IMG/VR virus record: IMGVR_UViG_3300020183_000017
Length of the DNA stretch: 64,000 nt
Direction: 5' to 3' (one strand)
Source of the DNA: an uncultured virus (IMG/VR IMGVR_UViG_3300020183_000017)
Lineage: Duplodnaviria; Heunggongvirae; Uroviricota; Caudoviricetes
The notes below the pieces were generated by a model. The model did no database searches and was not told the DNA's origin. It was given only the letters and a program-made list of their open reading frames with translations. Shown here piece by piece: positions 15,977 to 25,277 of the stretch. Both the position numbers and the translations under genes were made by a program. Each line of letters starts with the position of its first letter. The first letter of the stretch is position 1.

Positions 15977-16903
15977 ATGGATATTAACACATTGCGCAAA
16001 ATGCGCACTAATGACTTCTCAAAAATCGCAGGTGAGTTTGAGAAGATGTCAAATCCCTCTAGCGAGGGGAAGTCTTACCAAGACGACCGCTTCTGGAAAC
16101 TAGAACCAGACAAAGCAGGAAATGCTACTGCGGTAATTCGATTCCTACCAAGAACTGAAGGTGATGAACTCCCATGGGTTCGTATTTTTAATCATGGATT
16201 TCAAGGTCCAACAGGAAAGTGGTATATTGAGAACTCTTTGACCACTGTTGGTGAGAAAGATCCAGTCGGCGAGTTAAATTCTCGTCTATGGAACTCTGGT
16301 TCTGAAGCGAATAAGGAAATTGCTCGTAAACAAAAGCGTAAGTTGACTTATATCGCGAATGTTCTCATCGTTTCTGATCCTAAGCATCCTGAGAACGAAG
16401 GTAAAGTCAAACTTTTCAAATTTGGTAAGAAAATCTTCGACAAAGTTATGGACAAAGCTCGTCCTACGTTCGAAGATGAGAAACCAGTCAACGTATTTGA
16501 CCTTTGGGAAGGCGCAGACTTCAAACTTCGTATGCGTAAGGTTGATGGTTATTCAAATTATGATCAATCTCAGTTTATGGAGCCATCTGCGTTGTTTGAT
16601 GGTGATGAAGAGCGTCTTTTAGACTTAGTTTCTAGGCAGCATAAACTTTCTGAGTTCCTAGACCCTAAAAACTTCAAATCTTTTGAAGAATTGTCTAGAA
16701 AACTCGCAGATGTGTTAGATGATACAGGTGATCGACCAAAATCAGCTGCTCAGATGGCTGATGACGAAGATTATGTCGCACCAAAGCGTCAACCTACTGC
16801 TGAAGTAAGAAAAATGCCTGAAAAGGCAGCACCTTCTCCTTCTTCAGCTGATGATGATGATGAAGACATGATGAGTTACTTTCAAAAGATCGCAAATGAG
16901 TAA
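15977..16903 (+). CDS. 32: single-stranded DNA-binding protein gp32
   Basis: DDRFWK, AVIRFLP, HGFQGPTGKWYIENSLTT, FKFGKKIFDK and an acidic tail. Confidence 0.97.
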   Translation: MDINTLRKMRTNDFSKIAGEFEKMSNPSSEGKSYQDDRFWKLEPDKAGNATAVIRFLPRTEGDELPWVRIFNHGFQGPTGKWYIENSLTTVGEKDPVGELNSRLWNSGSEANKEIARKQKRKLTYIANVLIVSDPKHPENEGKVKLFKFGKKIFDKVMDKARPTFEDEKPVNVFDLWEGADFKLRMRKVDGYSNYDQSQFMEPSALFDGDEERLLDLVSRQHKLSEFLDPKNFKSFEELSRKLADVLDDTGDRPKSAAQMADDEDYVAPKRQPTAEVRKMPEKAAPSPSSADDDDEDMMSYFQKIANE

Positions 16904-16905
16904 AT

Positions 16906-16940
16906 AAAAAAAGGGAGCTTCGGCTCCCTTTCTTTTTTGT
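16906..16940. terminator. bidirectional intrinsic terminator
   Basis: A-tract, GGGAGC-TTCG-GCTCCC, T-tract, between convergent genes. Confidence 0.9.
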
Positions 16941-16952
16941 TAGATTTTTTTA

Positions 16953-19127
16953 TTAAACTGCTCGTCTTCTCACATAATCATTGACTGTAGCTTCATCATT
17001 TCTTGGTCTATAGTATGAAGGCATAGTAGTTGGATTACTTACAGTTGTTGGCGCATTGACAACGCTAGTATTATTGCTTTGCGCTGGTTTTTCTTTGGCT
17101 GCTTGAACTTGACTAGAATCTTTATACACTTTACTTGCTGGAACTTGCTTAGAAGCTGGTGCTGCTTCAATTTTACGAGTTCTTTCAGCTCTTACTTCCA
17201 TCTCAGCTCTTTCTCTGAGATTATTTTGATAATCAATATCATCTTTAAGGTTCTTTGGAGCTTTTGCTAGTTTCTCTTGATATCTTTTTTCAGTAGCATC
17301 TTGTATTTGGTTTGCGTTGTCAACTCTCTTCTGATCGTATGAGACTGGTGCAGTTTGTCCTTGAAGTCTTTCTCTACGAAGCCTCGTCTTTGCGGCTTCA
17401 AAATCGTTTTGGTCGGGGCGCTGGTTGCCGAATTTTGCTGCTTCTTCTTTAGCGTATTTGTTTATTGTTTCTTTGTCTTTGTCCGCATCAACTCTAAGCT
17501 GGTTTTCTGGCACTCCTTTGGGCGCAGCTGATGGTGCTTTTGATTGATCTGCGCCTTCAACTCTGGCTCCCTGACTACTTCCTGTTGGAGCTTCTGGTGC
17601 TGCTGGCTTGTCGTCTTTCTTGAACGGATACCATGGACCAAAAGCAATCTTCTTACCGAAAACTTCAAAACCAATTTCTGGAATTCCAATATTCTCAAAG
17701 AATCCAGCAATAGCGTCTTTAATATTCTTAAAGAAATTACCTATTGGTTGAGTAATATACTGATCCACAAAACCAGTAAATGATTCCCACATTTCTTTTA
17801 AATCTTTAGCATCTATCAAGCCAAAGGATAAGAACTCTAGGATTCCACCAAGACCAGCTATAATAGCATCGCTTAATGAACCACCGTCAAGCCATGTTTT
17901 AATTCCATCCCAAAGACCATTTACTAAAGCACCAACCATCAAAGCGATTGGGAAAATTCTAGTTACCAGTTTACCAAGGAATGCTGGGTTCAACAAGAAG
18001 CGACCAGCAGCCAGAATTCCTTGACCAAGCATTGAAGCTAAACTACCAAGACCACGAATTAAAGATAAACCAATTCTCTTAATAAACCTCATTATGGTTT
18101 TAGGTGACAAGAAATCAAACAAACCACCTTCTTCTTTATCTTCTTTCTTAGCGTCGTCTTTCTTTCCACCCATTCTTGTGTTTTCTTCAATTTTTCGTAG
18201 AAGGTTAGTTTGTTCATCCATCATTCTAAGGTTTTCAACTTCTTCTTCGCTAACAAATCCTTCTACTTGATCATTACTTTTTTTCTGAGAAAAAGATGGT
18301 ATAATATTAGTGCCTTTTTCTTTTTTATCTTTAGTTGGTTTCTCAACTAATTTTTTCTCATTATTACCTTGTTTCTGAGGATAGAATGGTATTACATTAG
18401 TCTCTTTTTCTTTGTTACCCTTAGTTGGCTTCTCAACTAATTTTTTCTTATCAGCGAATATATCTTCACCTCTGAAGCGTGGGTCAACCTTTGCTAGAGT
18501 TGCTTCTAACTCTGCTTTCTTTTTGTATTCTGGGGAGCGTTTAATTTGATCTTTAGTTAGACCAACTGATTTTAGTCTGCCTAGTTCTTTCTCATTTTCT
18601 TGCAGTTTAAGACCAGCTTCTTGAGACTTATCGAATCGTTCCTTAAATACTTCCTTTGCTTTGTCTGCGCCCATCAGTCTAACTGTTGGGTCAGTCTTCA
18701 TCATGTCTTTTACATATTGTTGTTTTGCTTCTCTACGTTCTAGAGCTTTATCAGCAATACCGCCAATAAAACCTTTGCTACCCTTCTCGACTATTCCTGT
18801 TTTGTCTAGGAATCCTCTAAGAGTAAAGAACTCTTTGATGTTTTCAACTCTTTCTTTAACAGCACCTTTACCACCACCAAAGAACTGAGTTTTATCAGCC
18901 TTCTCTGTTACCTTACCTAGTTTATTTTGTTCTTTGATTATTTTGGCTAGATCTAAGATGCTTTTGTTTAAGATCTCAGTTGAGGTAAGACTCTTTTTCT
19001 CAACCTCAAGAGAATCCTTCGCTAATTTTTCAGCGTCTAATGGACCTGCGCCCGTGCCACTACCCCCAGCAGCAGGTTGGACTCTTTTTCTGTAGTCTGA
19101 TAGTTTTATTATAGCAGCTTTAGCCAT
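16953..19127 (-). CDS. tape measure/baseplate hub protein (gp29-like)
   Basis: Long helical K/E-rich protein with a central amphipathic G/L/F-rich region; located downstream of the gp26/gp51-like genes. Confidence 0.6.
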   Translation of the reverse strand: MAKAAIIKLSDYRKRVQPAAGGSGTGAGPLDAEKLAKDSLEVEKKSLTSTEILNKSILDLAKIIKEQNKLGKVTEKADKTQFFGGGKGAVKERVENIKEFFTLRGFLDKTGIVEKGSKGFIGGIADKALERREAKQQYVKDMMKTDPTVRLMGADKAKEVFKERFDKSQEAGLKLQENEKELGRLKSVGLTKDQIKRSPEYKKKAELEATLAKVDPRFRGEDIFADKKKLVEKPTKGNKEKETNVIPFYPQKQGNNEKKLVEKPTKDKKEKGTNIIPSFSQKKSNDQVEGFVSEEEVENLRMMDEQTNLLRKIEENTRMGGKKDDAKKEDKEEGGLFDFLSPKTIMRFIKRIGLSLIRGLGSLASMLGQGILAAGRFLLNPAFLGKLVTRIFPIALMVGALVNGLWDGIKTWLDGGSLSDAIIAGLGGILEFLSFGLIDAKDLKEMWESFTGFVDQYITQPIGNFFKNIKDAIAGFFENIGIPEIGFEVFGKKIAFGPWYPFKKDDKPAAPEAPTGSSQGARVEGADQSKAPSAAPKGVPENQLRVDADKDKETINKYAKEEAAKFGNQRPDQNDFEAAKTRLRRERLQGQTAPVSYDQKRVDNANQIQDATEKRYQEKLAKAPKNLKDDIDYQNNLRERAEMEVRAERTRKIEAAPASKQVPASKVYKDSSQVQAAKEKPAQSNNTSVVNAPTTVSNPTTMPSYYRPRNDEATVNDYVRRRAV
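18281..18450 (-). repeat. 90-nt imperfect tandem duplication
   Basis: KKLVEKPTK..KEK.TN.IP encoded twice; 18301-18360 resembles 18391-18450. Confidence 0.85.
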
Positions 19128-19266
19128 TCTTAGCCTGTTGTTGTCTTAATTTTTCTTCTTCTAGGTATTGAACCAACATTGCAACATAAATTTCTCGTTC
19201 AAAAGGGATCATTTCCTCCAGTTCACTTAGACTATATTTATGATACTGCAATAATGCAAAGTTCAT
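19120..19266 (-). CDS. baseplate hub assembly protein (gp51-like)
   Basis: MNFALLQYHKYSLSELEEMIPFEREIYV; the frame stays open upstream to the T8 run at 19307-19314. Confidence 0.8.
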   Translation of the reverse strand: MNFALLQYHKYSLSELEEMIPFEREIYVAMLVQYLEEEKLRQQQAKNG

Positions 19267-19304
19267 CTTATAATAATTGTGCAAATTCTCGTGGCAAAGG
19301 TTAA

Positions 19305-20018
19305 TTAAAAAAAACTGTCAATTCCTGAGACCACTACGGACTGGTATTTATTACAAACTGGGCAGGTATAGTCTAGTTTCTTTTCCAGTTTCGGCATAGT
19401 CTCGAAGAAGTTCTGGATCTTTCTAAACTGATCTTCTGTTAGATTCTCTAGAAACTCATTCAGTTCTTTCTTAGAATATTCATGAGCATGGTGAACTTCT
19501 TCTCCAGCGTAGATAGTGTCGATACATTCACACATTATCTTAAAGATAGAGTCAATATCCCCACCCTCTAGTTCTTGGATAGTTTCTAATATATCCAGCT
19601 TGGGATATTTCATAACAACCCCAACATCATCAAACAACCTAATGTTAGTGCTGTGATCTTTTGGTTTTTCAACCGTCAACTCTGATAGATTCACTGATAC
19701 CTTAACCTTTGCCTTCTCATCCTCACAGGTATCGCATCTGAGAATGAGTTCTACGACTTCTCCAACAGACTTTGCACGAATCTGAGAGAACATGTATTCA
19801 AGATCAAACATAGCCAGCTTGTCAACATCGATATCATCTAAAACACAACTCTGAAGTACAGATATTAAAGTTGATGACATTGTCTTTTGATCTTCGCTTT
19901 GTTGAGCGAGCAATAATGATTTTTGTTCTTTAACTAAGAACGGTCTATACGAAATTTCTTTATTGTTAGAAGGAATCACCATCTTGTATACTGGTGTCTT
20001 CTGCATAGGTAAAGCCAT
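19305..20018 (-). CDS. baseplate hub subunit/chaperone (gp26-like)
   Basis: MALP...P.Y, YRPFLVKEQK, IRAKSVGE, two CxxC motifs, FFETMP, ends SFF. Confidence 0.85.
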   Translation of the reverse strand: MALPMQKTPVYKMVIPSNNKEISYRPFLVKEQKSLLLAQQSEDQKTMSSTLISVLQSCVLDDIDVDKLAMFDLEYMFSQIRAKSVGEVVELILRCDTCEDEKAKVKVSVNLSELTVEKPKDHSTNIRLFDDVGVVMKYPKLDILETIQELEGGDIDSIFKIMCECIDTIYAGEEVHHAHEYSKKELNEFLENLTEDQFRKIQNFFETMPKLEKKLDYTCPVCNKYQSVVVSGIDSFF

Positions 20019-20020
20019 AA

Positions 20021-20431
20021 TTATCCTCCTTTGGTCATATCTTTTAATAATTTATTCAAGTCAGCTGTGGTACCAACAAAAAGATTATTGTTAACTGTCT
20101 TTGGTTTGTCCTTAGATTCTTTGCTTGGATCTTCCAGTTTTTTCTTCTGCTGGTGAATATCCATTAGTTGTTGATTAACATCCGCTAGTTGCTTCATTAA
20201 ATTTCCAACAACTTCGAACGCACGTGGATGTTCAGATTGACGAGCTACGTCTAGAGCATGCATTAAAGCAGTCTGTCCTTGCTCTAGAAGTTCTCTTAGA
20301 TTTTTTCTGCTTGTATTGAAGTCGTCATCAATAGCAGTGCTCATGGGGAGGATCTCTCCATCCTTTGTTATAATTTCGTTTTTTGTTTCAACTGGTTCAA
20401 CATCAAAAACTTTAGATAATGTATCACTCAC
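20021..20431 (-). CDS. 16: terminase small subunit gp16
   Basis: DF..SR.NL, SEHPRAFEV and NNNLFVGTTADL motifs. Confidence 0.85.
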   Translation of the reverse strand: MSDTLSKVFDVEPVETKNEIITKDGEILPMSTAIDDDFNTSRKNLRELLEQGQTALMHALDVARQSEHPRAFEVVGNLMKQLADVNQQLMDIHQQKKKLEDPSKESKDKPKTVNNNLFVGTTADLNKLLKDMTKGG

Positions 20432-20441
20432 AATATGTTCC

Positions 20442-21332
20442 TTATACTAAAAACTTACCAAGGCTACCAACAGCACCTTTAGGATTGCTTTTAAAAGAAT
20501 TAAATGTATCTTGGAATCCACCGAATGATGTTAAGAAAGAACTTGCGCTCATAGATTGAAATGGGTCGTTTTGGAAGTAACCACCAAGAATACTTCCAAA
20601 GTCAACAGAGTTATTGCCGAAACCACCAGGAAGTCCACCAGATAAACCTGTTCCTTCCATGCCAGCAAACTTCATGGCGCCACCAAAAGAAGAAGCCCAA
20701 GCAGACTGACCAGCAGCGCCACCAGAATATGCTGGTGCGTGTCCACTCTCTCCGAATATTCCTTTCGGTTCATTAACAGAATTTTCACCAGTATCACTAA
20801 CGGTGTTTGGTTGTCCAGGAACTTCTAATGGTTCCCAATAAGCATATTGTAAAGTTACAGCAAGTCTAGGTATTTCTTTGTTACCGTAGTCTAGATTAAC
20901 TGATCCGATAGTTTTTGGGAATGCCTCTCGTAGTCTTACGGTATATGTTTCTTGACTGTCTTTGTTGTAGCAATATATCGTAACATCTTTAGCATACCCA
21001 CGAGATCCTTCAATCCCATAATATCCAGAGACTCTTGATTTAAAATCAAATACTTCTGTTCTCCACTCGTCGAAGTATTTTTTAACTGCCCAGTTATTGT
21101 CGATGTATAGAGAAAGGGTTACAGGATCATATTGAAGTTCATACGGGACTTCTCTAACCTCACCAAATGTTCTAGCTGGTGTTGATAAAATTTGTGTTCC
21201 TGGAAGCTGTGCGTTTTCGCAGAACAATCCTATCATTTTATTTGCTCCAGATATCATAACAAAATATCTGTTGGCATTCGCCATACCAGCTAATTTAACT
21301 TCAGATATAAATTCATCTAAGCCTGTGTTCAT
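20442..21332 (-). CDS. baseplate tail-tube initiator (gp54-like) with a Gly-rich C-terminal extension
   Basis: NRYFV, CENAQLPG, EAFPKTIG and LAVTLQYAYW tube-fold motifs. Confidence 0.7.
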   Translation of the reverse strand: MNTGLDEFISEVKLAGMANANRYFVMISGANKMIGLFCENAQLPGTQILSTPARTFGEVREVPYELQYDPVTLSLYIDNNWAVKKYFDEWRTEVFDFKSRVSGYYGIEGSRGYAKDVTIYCYNKDSQETYTVRLREAFPKTIGSVNLDYGNKEIPRLAVTLQYAYWEPLEVPGQPNTVSDTGENSVNEPKGIFGESGHAPAYSGGAAGQSAWASSFGGAMKFAGMEGTGLSGGLPGGFGNNSVDFGSILGGYFQNDPFQSMSASSFLTSFGGFQDTFNSFKSNPKGAVGSLGKFLV

Positions 21333-21925
21333 CTGATTGCTTTCCTACTGTCTGTCCACACTTTAGTTGTGGTTGCTTTAACAAACCCCTCGACTGGAAG
21401 CATTAAAGCTGTAAACCAATCGCTTGCTGGGACTCTTCTAAATTGCGACTGAACATGATCTGTAAGATATTCCTTAACACATGGTTTAGCAAGATTAAAC
21501 CTTGATGTTCTAGCGATAATCGCCCAAGAGTATCTAATCTTAGTCATCTCATCCATATTCTTATCTGATGCGTAAACTAACAATCTGTCCATTAGAGCAA
21601 TTCTTAATGGATATGGTAGATAATGCATGTTTAATCCAAGGAATCCAGTCCTAGTCTTTTCGAATGGGAATACTAGTGGAAACACATCGTAATATGGTAG
21701 AGTTTTTTTATGTTTTGGATTGTATACAAACATATACATAAACCCAGGAGAAACCTTGTTAGAAACAAGAGAAGCTTCTTGTGGTTTCATTAGTCGGTTT
21801 CTTCTAATGTCCTCTGCCCTTAACAAATTAATCTGCTGATTAAACCATGATCTTGATTTCGTTACGGCACTTTTGTCGTAACGATACTTTTCAAACACGT
21901 CTCTAAATTTGTTTTGTTTTGCCAT
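21329..21925 (-). CDS. 2: DNA end protector gp2
   Basis: PGFMYMFVYNPKHKKTLPYYDVFPLV and GLNMHYLP motifs. Confidence 0.9.
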   Translation of the reverse strand: MAKQNKFRDVFEKYRYDKSAVTKSRSWFNQQINLLRAEDIRRNRLMKPQEASLVSNKVSPGFMYMFVYNPKHKKTLPYYDVFPLVFPFEKTRTGFLGLNMHYLPYPLRIALMDRLLVYASDKNMDEMTKIRYSWAIIARTSRFNLAKPCVKEYLTDHVQSQFRRVPASDWFTALMLPVEGFVKATTTKVWTDSRKAIR

Positions 21926-21931
21926 AGTCTA

Positions 21932-22378
21932 TTATTTATGGTTTTCTATACCGAGTTCTTTTTCGGTTAGAACTATGAAGTCCCATCCCCTGTCTTCTGC
22001 CCAGTTAGTGGCTGCTTTCCACTTAGCTTGATTTACGATAAATGTGGTTGATTCCTGTATGTACCTTTTGGTCTGTTTCCCAGGATACTCTGGCGCTTGG
22101 GTTTGTTTAATTGGCTTAATCTCAACTAAATATACTTTGTTCTCACCTGTTTTAGTCTTAACATTAATTTTAAAATCTACAAAATACCTATGAATTGTAT
22201 TCCTCATCGGGCATCTGTAGGGGATTATTGTTTCTTCCGAGGACCATTTAATCACACTTGGGTTGTGATCACACCAGATTGCAAATTTGGTTTCCCAACT
22301 TGATCTCATTATAATGTTCGTTGGGTCGCCCTTATACTTTTCAGGATGAACTGGAATGTATCTTCTTTTGTGGAACAT
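21932..22378 (-). CDS. 4: head completion protein gp4
   Basis: KYKGD, RSSWE, WSSEE, RYFVDF, VEIKP and NQAKW motifs. Confidence 0.92.
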   Translation of the reverse strand: MFHKRRYIPVHPEKYKGDPTNIIMRSSWETKFAIWCDHNPSVIKWSSEETIIPYRCPMRNTIHRYFVDFKINVKTKTGENKVYLVEIKPIKQTQAPEYPGKQTKRYIQESTTFIVNQAKWKAATNWAEDRGWDFIVLTEKELGIENHK

Positions 22379-22416
22379 AAATAATTAACATAATAAATAA
22401 ACACCTTCTATTTAGG
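22376..22416. promoter_or_regulatory. divergent late promoters
   Basis: + strand CATAAATA 22376 and AATAAATA 22392; - strand CCTAAATA 22416-22409. Confidence 0.6.
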
Positions 22417-22424
22417 GAAGAACA

Positions 22425-23498
22425 ATGGCAATTACCGCATCGTCAGCTGAATCTGTGGCTCTCGCAGGATCAAACACAGAGAGTGGAGGTAGAGATCCTC
22501 GATATGATATTGCATCTCATCAATATCCGATCGATGTAGCAAATAACCCAAGATATGGTGGCAACTTTGTCATGTTCTTTATAAATGTCATGTCCGATTC
22601 AAAACTTGGCGAAAGTAAATCGACTAAAATTGTTCAAGGTGTACCAGCCAGCGATCGTGGGGATTTTGTTGGTCAGAGGTTTAGTAACAAAGAAGCAGTC
22701 GGAGCTTCTGCGATTGAAACTGGAGTCTTAGCTCAAGTCCTTGGTGGTGGTGGATTTAGTCTTGGCACTGCAGTAACGGGTGGCGTATTAGGTGCCGCAG
22801 GAGCTGCAGTTATTCCAGACAAAGGAACATTAACCAGACCAGTGAAAAGACTAGAAACTGCTATCTGTTTATACATGCCAAATCAATTGAACATTCGTTA
22901 CAGTATGCAATACGAAGAAGAAAGTATGGCTACCGCTCAAATGATTATGAAAGGTAGCGATGCTATCGTACAAGCTCTACAAGGTAACCTCGGTAAAGCA
23001 GGTGATCAAGCCCAAGCAGTAGTTTCTAACTTTGCTCTTACCAATGGTGGTAATGCTATAAAATCTATTGGACTAGGATCAGGTCTTGCAGCCAATCCTA
23101 AGAAAGAGCAGGTGTTTAAAGGTGTTGATTTTAGATCATTTCAAATTAATTATCAGTTTTTCCCAAGAGACTTTAAGGAAGAACAAAATGTAAGAAACAT
23201 TATTCATGCATTTAAGTATCACATGCACCCAGAGTTTAAAGATGGAGATGGTTTCCTTTATATCTATCCTTCTGAGTTTGACATAATCTATTATACTGGC
23301 GGTAGAGAAAATAAGAATGTTCACAAGCATACATCTTGTGTGTTAAAAGAAATGAATGTTAACTACACACCGCAGGGTCAGTTTAATGCGCTAGAAACTG
23401 GTATGCCAGTACAGATAAATGTTGATATGACTTTCCTAGAACTTGCTCTTGCTACGAAAGATAAGATTGGAAAAACTCCAGATAAGGGAGGTCTATAA
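22425..23498 (+). CDS. 48: baseplate tail-tube cap gp48
   Basis: YP, LYMP, NP..EQVFKGVDFRSF, FKYHMHP and CVLKEMNVNY motifs. Confidence 0.85.
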   Translation: MAITASSAESVALAGSNTESGGRDPRYDIASHQYPIDVANNPRYGGNFVMFFINVMSDSKLGESKSTKIVQGVPASDRGDFVGQRFSNKEAVGASAIETGVLAQVLGGGGFSLGTAVTGGVLGAAGAAVIPDKGTLTRPVKRLETAICLYMPNQLNIRYSMQYEEESMATAQMIMKGSDAIVQALQGNLGKAGDQAQAVVSNFALTNGGNAIKSIGLGSGLAANPKKEQVFKGVDFRSFQINYQFFPRDFKEEQNVRNIIHAFKYHMHPEFKDGDGFLYIYPSEFDIIYYTGGRENKNVHKHTSCVLKEMNVNYTPQGQFNALETGMPVQINVDMTFLELALATKDKIGKTPDKGGL

Positions 23499-24001
23499 TG
23501 TACTTCAATAAGTTTCCTGAGATATATTATGACTTTAAGATTGGTAACGAACAGCAATTAAAACTTGTAAAAGATATAACTGCTAATGTTAGAATTAGAA
23601 CTAGAGTGTTGTCTGATCTTACTCTGTACGATTTCTATGATATGAAAGAAGGCGAAACGCCAGAGATTGTTGCTCAGAGATTTTATGGAAATGCTGAACT
23701 GCACTGGGTAATTATGTTAGTCAATAATCGTTATGATTATGTAGAAGATTTTTCAATGTCTGCGCATCAACTAGAGAAAAATATTGATAAGAAATATGGA
23801 AATCAAAGAAATGCTATCCACCATTACGAGAAGGATGGATTTATAGTTGATAATACAGTTATACTTGATGCTGTAGCTGTTTCTAATGCAGATTATGAGT
23901 ATGCACTAAATGATTCAAAAAGAAGAATTAAAGTTGTAAGACCGCAAGTTGTTGGTAAACTCGTACAAGATTTAGAGAACTTGCTTGAGGATCAGATTTA
24001 A
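23498..24001 (+). CDS. 53: baseplate wedge gp53
   Basis: MYFNKFP, ETPEIVA..YG...LHWVI and HHYE motifs. Confidence 0.9.
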   Translation: MYFNKFPEIYYDFKIGNEQQLKLVKDITANVRIRTRVLSDLTLYDFYDMKEGETPEIVAQRFYGNAELHWVIMLVNNRYDYVEDFSMSAHQLEKNIDKKYGNQRNAIHHYEKDGFIVDNTVILDAVAVSNADYEYALNDSKRRIKVVRPQVVGKLVQDLENLLEDQI

Positions 24002-25275
24002 TGGAACAAAATTCGTTAAGATTTGCTGGTGATGTAAATCTTGTTAATTTAGAAATAATTGGATCAAAAGGACAGCTACTAGATATTAAAGGTTTAGTAG
24101 TTGAAGTGCATGTTTTTGAAGATATATTTTCCCCATTTATTACGGGAAGAATTATTCTACAAGATTCTCTCGACCTTATCAATTTTTTCCCTTTTATCGG
24201 ACAAGAGTTTGTTAGGGTTAATATAAGAACTCCTACCTTTACAGAACAAAAGAAAATTATCAATGAAACTTTCTATATTTACAAAATGTCAAATAGAGAG
24301 CAAGTTGGTGACAAAGCAGTAGCATATGAGTTACACTTTGTAAGTACAGAGGCTCTTTATGATCTTAATCTCAGATATAGTAAGGCATTTGAGGGGACTG
24401 GTTCAGAGATAGTTACCAAGATTATGAATACAGCTTTCGTTACACAAAAGAAAATGGCAATGATGGAGGTAACAACAAACAAAACAAAATTTGTTGCTTG
24501 TAACTGGAGTCCAATTAAGACTATTAACTATCTAACAAAAATATCAGCTAACGACTCAAGATCAAATTATCTTTTCTTTGAAAATAGATATGGGTTTAAT
24601 TTTACTACATTAAATCATATCTATCAAACAATGCCAGTCTATCAGAATTTTCAGCTAGTGGCCATTACAAGAATTATTGATCCAAATACTGGAAGATCTA
24701 TTCGTGAGTCAAATTTAGACTTTAGCAAAATTATTGACTTTGAAATGCCAAGAGGTTTTGATTATATTGACAGAACACAGAATGGTATGTTTGCTTCTAA
24801 GATAATTACTCACGATTATACTACAAAAAAATACTCAGTTAAGAATTATAACGCTGTTGACGAATTTCCCAAGCACCCACATTTAAATAAGTATCCAGTA
24901 TTCACTCAGGGTGTTGCTAGAAATACAAGTGCTTTAATTTTATCTGAGCCAAAACACTATGGCATTCATAACGGTCACGGAGATATCTCTAATACTAAAC
25001 ATGCTCTGAGCAGAATAGGATTAATGAAGATGGCTGAAGCGTTTAAATTTAATATTACTGTTGCTGGAAGAACCGATTATACTGCGGGTCAAGTTGTTGA
25101 AATAAAAATGCCTACGTTTGAACCACACACAAGTGGCTTAGATCCAAATTCTATTGACAAAATGTTTAGTGGTAAATACCTAATAACAGCATTGAACCAT
25201 GTTATAAAAACTGATAGACACGAGACTCATATGGAACTGATGAAAGATTCACTGATTATTAATTTGGATGGTTAA
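24001..25275 (+). CDS. baseplate hub protein (gp27-like)
   Basis: Lies between gp53 and gp5; FEDIFSPFITG, FFEN and SGKYLIT motifs. Confidence 0.65.
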   Translation: MEQNSLRFAGDVNLVNLEIIGSKGQLLDIKGLVVEVHVFEDIFSPFITGRIILQDSLDLINFFPFIGQEFVRVNIRTPTFTEQKKIINETFYIYKMSNREQVGDKAVAYELHFVSTEALYDLNLRYSKAFEGTGSEIVTKIMNTAFVTQKKMAMMEVTTNKTKFVACNWSPIKTINYLTKISANDSRSNYLFFENRYGFNFTTLNHIYQTMPVYQNFQLVAITRIIDPNTGRSIRESNLDFSKIIDFEMPRGFDYIDRTQNGMFASKIITHDYTTKKYSVKNYNAVDEFPKHPHLNKYPVFTQGVARNTSALILSEPKHYGIHNGHGDISNTKHALSRIGLMKMAEAFKFNITVAGRTDYTAGQVVEIKMPTFEPHTSGLDPNSIDKMFSGKYLITALNHVIKTDRHETHMELMKDSLIINLDG

Positions 25276-25277
25276 TT

